Assembly: GCA_964016885.1 (NCBI GenBank)
Contig: OZ024742.1
Span: 236,592,001 to 236,656,000, forward strand
Length of the DNA: 64,000 nucleotides
Source: Eledone cirrhosa
Taxonomy: Eukaryota
Direction: 5' to 3'
Position numbers and translations under genes: made by a program. Positions 50,400-64,000 of this stretch are shown piece by piece (within the stretch, counting starts at the first letter, position 1; every line of letters starts with the position of its first letter). Below the pieces are notes generated by a model, which worked only from the letters and a program-made list of their open reading frames with translations, searched no databases and was not told the origin of the DNA.

Positions 50400-51864
50400 T
50401 CCATCCATAAGCTTAGTTTTGTAATGATGTCAACATACAACTGAGTGATGCGTTTGTTTTATCTTGTAATTTCAAATTAAGATCAATTAATTGTGCAGTA
50501 ATATCCACAGCAAAAGCCAGATCTTGGAGCAAACTTTCATCTTTTATTCATCTGTCTTTTAACCTTTCATCTCCAAAAACATAATTATTTCTTGTCTCAA
50601 CAAATAGAATCTTTTCAGTACTTTGTGACATACAACCAGCGGACTTCTTTATAGAATGGAACATCGGTGAATTGATTATCCATATCTTCCAACAACTGAC
50701 TGAACTGGCGGTGGTTGAGAGCACGGCCTCTGATATAGTTCACTGTCTTTGTGACCAAGCTAAGCACATGGTACAATTTAAAAATCTTTGATCACAAATT
50801 TTGCTGATGAATAATACAGTGAAAATCTGCAAAGGATAAATCTGGATGCGAATATCAAAATCATAGTTATGCAGAACCTGCTGGATTTTCTCAAAGATGT
50901 CCTGGCTTGTTGTAGTGTCATGCATGGGGACCAGTTCAATCAGTTCTTCATAAATATTAAATTCACTGTCACAGACCCCGATGAAGACAGCAAGCTATGC
51001 TATTCCAGTGATGTCAACGGTCTCATCAATAGCAATTAAAAAAATGTTCAAACCCTGATGATACAGTCTTCAACTATTTCAGATCACCTGACATTTCATC
51101 AATCCGTTCAGCAACAAAGTTCCTAATTAATGAAATGTCTTTGAATATCTGTGCTTTCTCTGGACATACAATTTCAGCTGTTTTGACAAGGCATTACTTT
51201 ACAAAGTTTTATTCAAATTAAGATTTCCCACTCATGATGATCATTCGGCTGAGTTCATCACTTGCAGTAACGGAAGCGACATTCCCTTCCTGAATTTTCA
51301 TAAAACAGGTCTGTTGCTGTGTCAAGTTAGCCTTCAATTCCTTGAGTCTTGAAACACACGCATTGGGCTTTCATATTTATCGTAAGATCGATGGTTCATT
51401 TCATGTCTTTTCAAGTTGTACTCTTTTGGTGTGGCGATGCAGTTGTTGCAAATTAAACAATGCATCTTTCTGTTCACCGTTCTGCAAAAATACTGTAATT
51501 CTCACTTTTCTTGAAACACCCGCCCTTCTTCGTTCAATTTCCTTTTTCTCAGAGCTGGAGGAACACTGGCGATTTTAAAAGGAAAACCTTTTGAAATTTT
51601 GAAAAAGTTTTCTGTTTATAACTATTAATGTGATTCGCCGGAAGTTAAATGTAGGTGTCAAAAATCGCACGAAAAAAAAACAAAACAATCGAATCGAAAT
51701 TTTTTAAATTTTATATTACAAAGATAAAACATGCTCTCGCTGTAAAAACCGTTGTGCGGGCCGCAGGTGTGCTGTAAAGGGTCGCAGATGTGCTGTAAAG
51801 GCCGCAGATGTGCTTGTAAAGGGCCGCATGCAGCCCACGGGCCGCATATTTCACATGCCTTCTG
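50400..51864 (-). mobile_element. Decayed hAT (Buster/SPIN, GTF2IRD2-like) DNA transposon
   Basis: IAIDETVDITG, EELIELVPMHDTTTSQDIFEK, ALNHRQF, EVRW, DLAFAVDIT. Subterminal GGCCGCA repeats at 51758-51848. Confidence 0.8.
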
Positions 51865-51894
51865 TAGAGGCACGGCACAGCTTCAAATCGGGAC

Positions 51895-52090
51895 GTTTGT
51901 TTACAAACAAATCGAACATTATTATTAATGTCCGATATAACCCATACGTACATATGTATATGTATATATGTGTGTGTATGTATATATATATATACATATA
52001 TATCTATCTATATGTGTGTATATATATATGTGTGTACGTGTGCATGCTTACATTTATGTATCAGTTTTGCTAGAGCGAGAAATGAAATTC

Positions 52091-52098
<8 letters not shown>
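51895..52098 (+). mobile_element. 3' fragment with tail, related to the 53071 HHR element family
   Basis: TTTGTTTACAAACA..CCATACGTACATA matches 53465-53525; ends GAGAAATGAAATT. Confidence 0.65.
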
Positions 52099-52146
<48 letters not shown>

Positions 52147-52150
<4 letters not shown>

Positions 52151-53039
52151 CAGTGGTACCCGGCGTTGCACGGGATAAGGTATTTTGGAACGCGGGCCGC
52201 CAACAGACCTAATCGTGGAAAAACTGCATGCCTGGACAATATGTAAAGAAAATAAACCGAATACTCTGATGGCTGGATAATCTTTAAGATTTTCCTCGAT
52301 GAAGCAGGAATAATGCAGGTTTTCACCTAATGCGGGTCCTAGGGGATCAAGAAAATGAATTTTTTTTACGTGCATAATATGCCTTGAAATTTCGGGAGAA
52401 TCGGCTAGACGTAACGCCTCAGAAAAGCCCTAAAAAGCTGAAAAAATTGAGTTTTTCACCTAGACCATAAAAAAGTTGGATTTTCTTTGCTCACAGTATG
52501 AAGAAGAGACTGACTAATACATAGTTACAATTTCAAGGAAATCGGTTTGACGTAACGCCTCAAAAAACTCATAAAAAGTTGAAGAAACGAAGTTTTTCAC
52601 CTAATGCGGGCCCTAGCGGATCAAAAATTTGAAGTTTTTAATGTACATAAAACTCCCTGAAACATAAGTAATACACATGTAAAGTTTGAAAAAAAGGCGG
52701 TTGGGTACTTCTCGAGTTTTAGCGATTCAAACTCACAGACAGACATCCTCAGGGAAGTGACGTAATACAGACAGCCAGCCAGACATACAGACATATATTA
52801 TAAGGGCGCGAAGTTATATGTATGTTTCTATCTAAAAGAGAAAGACTAAGAACTATATAGAGAGATCACTAAATCGCCTAATGCGGTCCCTAGGGCATTG
52901 AAAATTTGAAATTTTATTTGCTCACAACACTCCCTGAAACATAAGGATTGCATGTGTAAAGTTTGAAAATAGTCGGTTGGGTGGTTCTCGAGTTTTAGGG
53001 ATTCAAACTCACACACACACACACAGACAGACATCCTCA

Positions 53040-53050
<11 letters not shown>
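52147..53050 (-). mobile_element. Non-autonomous Helitron, second copy with an internal duplication
   Basis: Reverse complement of 49501-50091, with the 5' segment duplicated. Confidence 0.85.
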
Positions 53051-53070
<20 letters not shown>

Positions 53071-53074
<4 letters not shown>

Positions 53075-53600
53075 GGAAAAAATGAAACGAAATTTCATTT
53101 CTCACTCTTAGTACGGCTGTTACTTAAATATAAGTATGTATACGTACATACATATATGTTAACAGACGAACAGTAGTATGTATATATATATACATACATG
53201 CGCACATATATATATGTACGTATGAATTCACCGAACATTTATTATAATGCTCGGGGTGTGTTTGTAAACGATATGCAAATTAGGCTGCTCAGCCGTTAAT
53301 ATGCATAAGGAAAGTTTATACTTTCAGACGTTCAACCATCTGGCAGGAAGGTATACGTTGCTGACGATAGCTAATAAGCTTGAAACTAGTACAGCGTTCC
53401 TTTGTCAGTGTTGAACAAATGAGCAACGATGGTTGCTAGACACTGTACGGCTTAATTCAGGATGTTTGTTTACAAACACACCGAGCATTATAATAAATGT
53501 TCGGTGAATCCATACGTACATATATATATGTGTGCATGTATGTATATATATATGCATACTACTGTACGTCTGTATACATATATGTATGTACGTATATTTA

Positions 53601-53605
<5 letters not shown>
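53071..53605 (+). mobile_element. Non-autonomous HHR-bearing element related to 21947-22804 (inverted tailed end left, short end right)
   Basis: About 53128-53269 is the inverse of 53468-53605. Shares ATGCAAATTAG.CTGC with the 21947 family. (TA)n flanks. Confidence 0.85.
53355..53397 (+). ncRNA. Minimal type I hammerhead ribozyme
   Basis: ACGUUG CUGACGA UAGCU-AAUA-AGCUU GAAA CUAG UA CAGCGU. Stem I extends via UGGCAGG../CCUUUGUCA. Confidence 0.88.
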
Positions 53606-53677
<72 letters not shown>

Positions 53678-53762
53678 AAAAATTGAACAGGGACAGAACA
53701 GAGAGGCAGTACGACAAATGTTTATTAGATTCACGCTCAGGAGAGTGGGGGGTAGGTGGAGG

Positions 53763-53794
53763 ACGACGTTTCGGGCATAAGCCCTTCTTCAGGT
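53763..53794 (-). ncRNA. Minimal hammerhead motif of the PLE type with a very short stem I
   Basis: AC CUGAAGA A GGGC-UUAU-GCCC GAAA CG UC GU. Confidence 0.65.
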
Positions 53795-55019
53795 AAGAGT
53801 TCAAAAGGTGTGTAGGGGAGTGGTGGAGAGACATATAGCGAAAGGAAACGGTGCGAATGAAAAATTAACAAATAAAGACAAAAATATAATAAATAATAAA
53901 TAAAAATAAAGCATGATCAAAATACAAGGAATGAGAACATTTAAAAATAAAGGCATGATCAAAATAAACTGAAATTAAAAGGGGGGTAAACAGGTGGTGG
54001 AAGGGTGTGGGGTGAGTAGAGGTGGAGGCGGGTGGAGTGGGGAGAGGGAGACGGGGTGTCCGAGCGGGGAGGGCTGAAGGTGGTGTGTGTGGTTAGGTGT
54101 GCGTGTGTGTGTGTGTGTGTGTGTATGTGAAAGTGAGGGTTGGGGGAAGAACGGGGTTGCATGTTCAGGAAGGTGTGTGTGGGGGTATATATATATATAT
54201 ATATATACTCCTGGCCCGTCCGGCTGGCGCTCGGCTAGGTATACCGGCATTTTATCTTTTCAGGAATCCCCCCTCCACTCCAGTGCAAAGATATCGCACT
54301 ACCTCTCAAGTCAGTGAGTGGCGGGGGGGAGGGGAGGGGTTAAGGTGCTCTGATGTTGGGTTTGAATAGTTAACAATCGGACTCAGTTTTGCAAGGTTCT
54401 GTATGGCCCTCTGATGCTGTAATGCAATGTGGATGCAATCAGCTTGTGAACTCCCCTCCAATCTGGCTTGTTCTGCCTTCTTGTTGCTCTCCTACCTTCT
54501 GCACCGGACCTCAGTTGCTGAAGGCGAGACTGGTGCTGCTCTTGAGACTGGGCTGATTGAATGGCTCTCACTTGAGTCCTCATCTGCTGAAGGCGACGTT
54601 CATGATCATCTTCAGACTCTCTTGCTCTAGTAACATTTTTTTCTTCTGGAAAATCTGATCTTGCGGCCAGGCTGGGACTTTTTGGGTGGCACTAACATCG
54701 GCAGTAACAATGACGTCTGTGCTTTCGTGAAAAAAATAGGTTTGTTTATATTTTGTTTTTGTGTATGCAAAAATATCTGTACACGAATATATATATTAAA
54801 ATAACAGATACAAATTTAAGCAAAGAATCGCTGCTTTCACCCTTAACGGGATCTTCTGAAACTAAAAAAATCAATCTGTGAACGCAGAAGTAAATATTTC
54901 AAATTAGTGATGAGTCGTAACAGTGTACTGTCCTATCAACTCGCAGACTTGTAAGCCCTGCCTACACGTAATTACGACTTGTGAGTAATGACATACTTAG
55001 AAAAATTAATTTAGCCAAC

Positions 55020-55872
55020 AGACCATAGTCCAATCTTAATCAGTGGGATAATAGTCAACTAGCTAAAGATTGGGTTAACACCCTCAAACACACCAAGAAA
55101 GCTATGTTCACTCAATTTGACATAGTGGTTTTTACCCCTCAATATCCAGGTCCTTACTTGATAAGGCCCTTGATTTCGCTGGCAATTTCACCCATATGGA
55201 CGAGTTAGACAAATTAGTAATATCCCACTGCAGAAAATCCTCCTCTTTAATAATTGTTTCTACTTTTGGCACAAGGCCAGAAATTACCCAGTGCATTACT
55301 GGTACTTTATTTTATCGACCCCATAAGGGTGAAAGGAAAAGTTAACCTTGGCGGGATTTAAACTCAGAATGGCAAGGACCGTAACTCTATGCGTCAAAGC
55401 ATGGCCTCCGACCCTCTACCGATATTGCTAATCTGACGACAACTGGATAAAGAAATCCACTATCAACGACCCATTCGATGTGCCGATGTGATCATTTGAC
55501 AGTGCCGATATATGCGATTTGGTGGGCTTTTCATCTTAGAGACACCACATAAGAAATTCCCTGATACATACGGGCCTATATCGTGATGACGGCCTGGCAC
55601 AATCGAGCCATATAAGTGGCCATGACCTGGACACATTTAGAAAGATCCTGATTACTATCTTCAGCAGCCTAGGCTTAACAATTACAAACCTCACCAGTGT
55701 TAACTTCCTAGACGTTAATTTAGATCTGCACATACTGACAATTCCAAAAACCAAGTGAGAAACTTAGCTACATTCATAGACACAAGCCACCACCTACATA
55801 AAAAAAAATCTTATTAATAACATCAGTAAGAGTGTATCCAAACTCTCTTCTAACAAAGCCATCTTTGATAGA
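55020..55872 (+). pseudogene. Old Nematis-type PLE RT fragment interrupted by a SINE
   Basis: DKALDFA; ICDLVGLFIL; GLYRDDGLA; VNFLDVNLDL; NLINNISKSVSKLSSNKAIFD. Confidence 0.85.
55249..55440 (-). mobile_element. SINE inserted in the old PLE
   Basis: Reverse complement of the family at 57600-57788. Confidence 0.8.
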
Positions 55873-56104
55873 TAGTTATTCCCCTTTTCACGATTTAAAA
55901 GTTTTGTTTATTTATGGCTAATTTTGAAATTACCCACCCTTGACGAACTCTCGAGTTTTTTTTCTAAAAAACCCAAATCAACCTGTTGAGGTGTATGTGC
56001 CAACGAAACTTAAGTACCTGTATATGTTACTGTTGTAACAAATTATGCTTAACTCGTCCTATGGACTGAGTGCTCTTACCCTTGGATATTTCTACCAAAC
56101 TTAT

Positions 56105-56144
<40 letters not shown>

Positions 56145-56170
56145 AAATTATATGTATGTGTTTATGTATG

Positions 56171-56553
<383 letters not shown>

Positions 56554-57050
56554 ATATATATATATAGTACAGTTACCAGCAGTGGCCTATTTCATGTCTG
56601 AAATGTTTAGCTTAGTACGTGCCTAGACTGGTATTTTCCCGGATGTACCCGCAACAAACTCATCTTAGATATGGCCAAAGCTATCTGTCAAGACAGGCGG
56701 AAATTAAGCTTTCGAATGCAGTAGTAGATGTATACATATACATAACTACATATACGTACACATAACCAAGAATATTCATATAGATACCAATATATATTTA
56801 TAGACCGCACACACACACGCACATGCACATACACGCACATACACATAGACGGATACGCACACACATATAAACACATGCGCCCAATTATATAAGTTACACA
56901 CGCACACACATACACACATGTGTTTGTGTGTGTGTTTGATTTTGTATGTGAATATATATATATATATATATATACGTATATGTGTCTGTGTGTATGTATA
57001 TTTACATATATATATATATATATATACTCATATATAAATATAGTCTATGA

Positions 57051-57094
<44 letters not shown>

Positions 57095-57155
57095 ATATAT
57101 ATATATATATGTTTATATATATATACATATCTATGTATACATACATATATATAGA

Positions 57156-57226
<71 letters not shown>

Positions 57227-57599
57227 ATATATATATATATATGCATCTATATATATGTATGTATACATATATATGTATATATATATATATAAACATATAT
57301 ATATATATATATGCATATATATATATATATGTGTATGTATATATGTATATATATTTATGTATACATATATATATATATGCGTATTTGAGTGCATGCGCTC
57401 CTGGCGATGGTTGTGGTGTTTGTGTACGTGTATGAGTGTGTATATATAATATGACTTATAAACAACATTGAGTTGCACCAAAATGTAGGAGTTAATAGCA
57501 TAAGTTTTGAGGAGGAATTATTGTAAGGTAAACTAAGGAAATTGGTGTAGACTACATAACAGCTGCTATCGCTGGTACTACCATTATATATACTATATA

Positions 57600-57788
57600 G
57601 CGGTGGATGTGCAGTATCAGTAGAGAGTCGGACGCCATGCTTTGCAGCAAAGAGTTACGGCCCTTTACGCTCTGAGTTTAAATCGCGCCAAGGTTAACTT
57701 TGCCTTTCATCCTTACGGGGTCGATAAAATAAAGTACCAGTAATGTACTGAGTAATTGCTGCCCTTGTGCCAAAAGTAGAAACAATTA
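57600..57788 (+). mobile_element. SINE with a tRNA-like head
   Basis: CTGAGTTTAAATCGCGCCAAGGTTAACTTTGCCTTTCATCCTTACGGGGTCGATAAAATAAAGTACCAG; several copies in the window. Confidence 0.8.
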
Positions 57789-58262
57789 TATATACTATAT
57801 AGATGCATAAACCAACGATGTTGCCGCTCGATATTCTAAAATTAGTAGCCAAATGTTGCTTACACCGCATCCTACTTTATTATAACTGATTGTGTTTTAT
57901 GATGTAATCAATGGAACACTATTCCGAAAAGAATTAGAGGAACATATTACTTGGCCTTGGGTGGAATGTCTTTGGTCCCTTGTCAGCTAGATCAGGACTG
58001 AGTTAGGTTAAAACAGCAGCAACAACTCTATGGCTACAGCTGCATCTGGTCAATCTGTCAGCCTGTGTGTATGTATGTATGTATGCATGTATGTATGCAT
58101 GCATGTATGTGTATATGCATGCATGCATGTATGTTTGTATGTGTGTGTGTGAGTTAGTCTCTATCCGTGTGTATATGCATACTCTCCCTCTACACACACA
58201 CTGTCTTTCTCTCGCTCTTCGTACACTCACACACACATAAATATGTGTGCGTACGTATATAT

Positions 58263-58358
<96 letters not shown>

Positions 58359-58614
58359 ATAGATAGATTTGTGTTTGTGTGTGTATGTATATATATATAT
58401 TATATATATATATATTTCTTTCAAAAGTAAAGATGTCATCTTTGAGAAAATCTCAAATACTTGCCATATCACCTGTAGGAGAAGCGCAGAGGAAGAAGCC
58501 AAGGAATAAATTCGAGCATTTATCATAAAATATCGACTGACATATATATACATATATATTGATTGACCCCCCCCCCCACCACCACCACCACCACCACACA
58601 CACACACACATATA

Positions 58615-60295
<1,681 letters not shown>

Positions 60296-60679
60296 TAGAG
60301 TCGCTTCCCTGGAAATTTACTATGCACGACACAAGCTTGGGCAAGATGTTTTTATAGACGACTCGAAGTTGACATCTCCATGTCACCAGTGTTGTCCAAG
60401 GCAAATGCAAAACACGATTCAATTTAGCACCAATGCCATCGCAACTTATATATCCACAGTACTATATCGATACTATATACTGAATTTCCCGGCGTCGAAG
60501 ACGCTACTTTTTCCCTAAAATAAGTCTCAAAAATCTACCATGCGTCCTGGGGGTAAATTTTTGGTTGTCAAAATTAGGGTGCGTCCTCGAGAAATACGTG
60601 CTTGGTGCTAATGACTATATTTGATGTTGCCCAAGGGAAATACAAAGACTGATACAGCTTAGCACCTGTGTCAACGCAA

Positions 60680-60820
60680 CTCATTTTTTCCCGCTGAGTG
60701 GACTGGAGCATCATGAAATGAAGTATATTGTTGAAGCATACAGCACGCTGCCCGGGCAGGGAATCGAACTCATGACGTCTCGGCCATAGGATCATGAGCC
60801 AAACCCCACACACAAGCCAC
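60680..60820 (-). mobile_element. tRNA-derived SINE remnant
   Basis: B box GTTCGATTCC and CTCCAGTCCACTCAGC on the minus strand. Confidence 0.6.
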
Positions 60821-61785
60821 GAATTCTTATTAAACACTTTTAAAAGTAGGAGTCGCCTGTATTTATTAGCAGAAACTCCAGTTTATAGGCCGGTCACATG
60901 ATCCATAATAACCACTCTACTTCCTTCCTTCACTCGAATTTCTTCAAGGTTAGTGATAGGAAACCTTAATATTACATACTATAGATATATTTCTAGTTTG
61001 TATATTACAAAATATAGCGGTATGACAATGTCATCATTATGTTTACTCACATGTGACTAAATATAATGATGTTGTTTGGGCCCCTCGTGCCTATTCCATA
61101 TTACTATAATTAATATAAACACTTTGTTTACGCAGGATGACGATCATAATATAACACCGAATGTGCAATACCACATAGTAAACCAAACCCACTTATGCAT
61201 CGAGTGTTCAAACTGGTGAACCAATAATAACGTAAAGTTACAACACACCAATAAATATACACAGATACATATAAATAGACAACCATATATAAAATACATA
61301 TTTAGATAGGCACACGCAGTAAATTTACTGCCAATGAAACACCCCGAACTGTTGTTGCGGTATTCTTCAAAGAGAAGAATACTCTAAAGTGATTACTGGG
61401 CATATTATTTATGTTTATCATCAGTTAATAATATCTGGGGCTTAGTGAGTGGCACTCCTTTTGAACAAGCGTTTATCACTATAATCCAGTGATGTACATA
61501 TGTCTCTTTTGCGATCTTCTCATCTATTATTCTACCTCTCCAGCCAATACAAGCCTGGACTCTGAATTCTTGACACCATATAGACATTAGGCCTCCTGTT
61601 GCAGCTATTAGGGTGTCATACGAGTTTGCGGTAGTGAAATACCGCCACTTCCGAAGTTTCGTGCACTTCAGGTGCGAAACGAAATGGTCCCCTCATTACC
61701 TGTGCTAATGTGTCTTATTTTAGAGTGTTGTCAGTGTTGGGATGGAGTCTTATCACAAGGAGACACCAATCATTTGTGAAAATTG

Positions 61786-61856
<71 letters not shown>

Positions 61857-61981
61857 GTATATATTGAGTTAAAAACTCATATGAACCTTATTATCTTTAG
61901 TCAGTATTTTCTTCACCCTGGAAGGTTACGACCCTTGTGATTTGAACGCATATATGTATATATCTCTGTTTGTCTCTCTTT

Positions 61982-62021
<40 letters not shown>

Positions 62022-62026
<5 letters not shown>

Positions 62027-62640
62027 TGATGAGCAGAACAAACAAACATTAAACAATCCTTTAAATAAATTAAACAATGATTTAAATATCTACCTGTTCA
62101 TAATGCTATTACCATAGAGCTATGGGTACTTAGTACTCAGTGAGATATTTACCTCATTTTTATATATTCTCCAATCTATGTAGAGAAAAAATTCGTTGTT
62201 GCTTACTGCTATTTTTTTAGCAGCAAAGCCATCAACACGTCTGTAATATTCCCGCTTTCACTAGCGGCCGGTTCACGTGTGGGTCACTTTAACGGCCATA
62301 ACTCATACGAGCTGGTAGTTGGCATTATATTTGCAGACCGTGGGACTTAAGTCCTATAGGAGGAAATAGCTATCTGATGAAATTTACTTTCCGTTGGAAA
62401 TTCTCCGAATTTCTCATCTTTTGTAAATGGAAACCGCCGGTAATAGCATTATGAACAGGTAGATATTTAAATCATTTTTTAATTTATTTAAAGGATTGTT
62501 TAATGTTTGTTTGTTCTGCTCATCAATTTTTATAGTTCTGGTATCTCGAATTGGTACCATTGAACAACAATTATATTATAAACACCCTATATATCTCTAT
62601 GGGTACTTAGTACTCAGTGAGATATTTACCTCATTTTTAT
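62022..62640 (+). mobile_element. Non-autonomous HHR element: inverted short end plus a 477-nt permuted unit ending in a tail
   Basis: 62022-62113 is the inverse of about 62439-62530. CTATGGGTACTTAGTACTCAGTGAG occurs at 62120 and 62597. (TA)n flanks. Confidence 0.85.
62369..62447 (+). ncRNA. Type I hammerhead ribozyme with extended stem II
   Basis: GCUAU CUGAUGA A-AUUUAC...GUAAAU-G GAAA CCGCCGG UA AUAGC. Confidence 0.8.
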
Positions 62641-62826
62641 ATATATATATATGTACGTGTGTGTGTGTGTGTGTGTACATATGTTCATATATAAGCATAG
62701 ATGATATTCTACTTAGTACTCCAACGTTTTAAGAAAGGTTGAGTGTTGATATTAACACCCCTTTTACTACTCTCACATCATTCCAAATAACTATAATGCC
62801 AATGTTTTGTTTTTTCCTTATTACAG

Positions 62827-63100
62827 GCGGATGTTTCCTACGTTTCAAGTCCGGCTATACGGACTGGATCCAATGGTGGATTATATGGTGATGATGGATT
62901 TTGTACCTTGTGACGATAAACGTTATCGCTATTCGTTCCACAGTTCCAGTTGGATAGTATCGGGGAAATCGGAACCTTACGTTCCTGGACGATTCCATAT
63001 CCACCCTGACTCACCCGCTAAAGGAGCACAATGGATGAAACAGATTGTTGCTTTTGATAAACTGAAACTGACCAATAATCCCAAGGATTTAAACGGACAT
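62827..63100 (+). CDS. Tbx1: Internal coding exon of a T-box transcription factor, Tbx1/10 (org-1) subfamily
   Basis: Polypyrimidine tract and TACAG acceptor; [60 protein letters not shown]; GTAAGT donor at 63101. Confidence 0.92.
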
Positions 63101-63144
63101 GTAAGTATTATATTTGTGAATGTGAGAATGTGTATATGTGCGTT

Positions 63145-63206
<62 letters not shown>

Positions 63207-63244
63207 TGTTTCTATCTCTCTCTTTTTATATATATATATATGTG

Positions 63245-63284
<40 letters not shown>

Positions 63285-64000
63285 TATTGTTTCTGAGGAA
63301 GACGGTCAGATGGATCTGTGACATTGAGACTAGAAATATATGGTAACATAACAACAACCTATCAGTCAATATATCGATTTACCATGATCAGTCAACCCTC
63401 TGAAACGATTGTAAAACAATGAACTAATTGAGAACCTATTTTCCATTTTTGTTTTATTTTCATTGTACAACACACGCTCATATATATAAATACCTCTGTA
63501 GCCCGAGTATAATCTTCAATGGAACCTTATGTGATGCGAGCCTACTATAAAAATCTCGTTGAAATCATCTCTTCAAGACTGCATTGAGTTCTAACAACGT
63601 TATCGGCCCTACCATAAACAGGCGAATACTACCATATATATGTATGTATAAACATTTCTAGACGAAACAGGATGTAGTTCATGAACACTTCCCCGAATAT
63701 AAACCATTACAAGAATACGATCATTAATTGAGAGAAAATATGATTAGAAAGAAACGAAAGAAAACAAAATACTAAATACAAAATACAAATATTGTTGTAT
63801 AACTGGCTACAACCCTGTGAACCACCTCTTAATCCATCACTGACTCGTGTCCACAGATCCCATGTGAGCTCCTGCGTGAGCGAGAATTAGAACGTAATTT
63901 TATTTCATTACATTGATGTGATTCTAGATTCTGTCTATATAGGAAGAAAACCCCTTATTTACACAGATCATTCAGAAAAAAACATAGGATAACTAATATT

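Noticed and set aside
51758-51848. Short GGCCGCA..GTAAA tandem repeats as a CRISPR-like array
   Set aside because: No unique spacers, eukaryotic context, and they match hAT subterminal repeats.
54825-54865. Minus-strand CAGAAGA-TCCC/GGGT-GAAA hammerhead-like motif
   Set aside because: Core mutated at U4 and no convincing stem I or cleavage site; at most a decayed relic.
55980-56025. CTGTTGA...GAAACTTAAGTA hammerhead-like motif after the old PLE fragment
   Set aside because: A6 is mutated and stem I does not pair; probably a decayed pLTR.

Overview
AT-rich eukaryotic (metazoan) DNA. The SINE families and very large (TA)n tracts suggest an octopod cephalopod, which is an inference. Most ORFs in the six-frame track are artefacts of (TA)n/(CA)n microsatellites. 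Supported content: (1) a 15.6-kb composite Penelope-like retroelement (PLE, Nematis-type, RT plus C-terminal GIY-YIG) at 1239-16867, with two intact head-to-head ORFs and four pseudo-LTRs, each holding a hammerhead ribozyme (HHR) motif with a ~116-nt stem II insert; (2) about ten further truncated or non-coding elements from several unrelated families, nearly all in (TA)n, many carrying type I HHR motifs and sharing asymmetric inverted ends (short end versus long end with a structured tail); two of them are ORF-less 464-nt and 477-nt circularly permuted, retrozyme-like units, and one HHR has a U3-A8 core; (3) RTE LINEs (one near-complete with a PHD-like finger inside RT, one twin-primed inversion), Helitron and hAT remnants, SINEs, a fold-back MITE and a tRNA-Ser(GCT) pseudogene; (4) one host exon encoding the central T-box of a Tbx1/10-subfamily gene. 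A 200-N assembly gap lies at 18367-18566. All RNA structures were paired by eye and none was computed.
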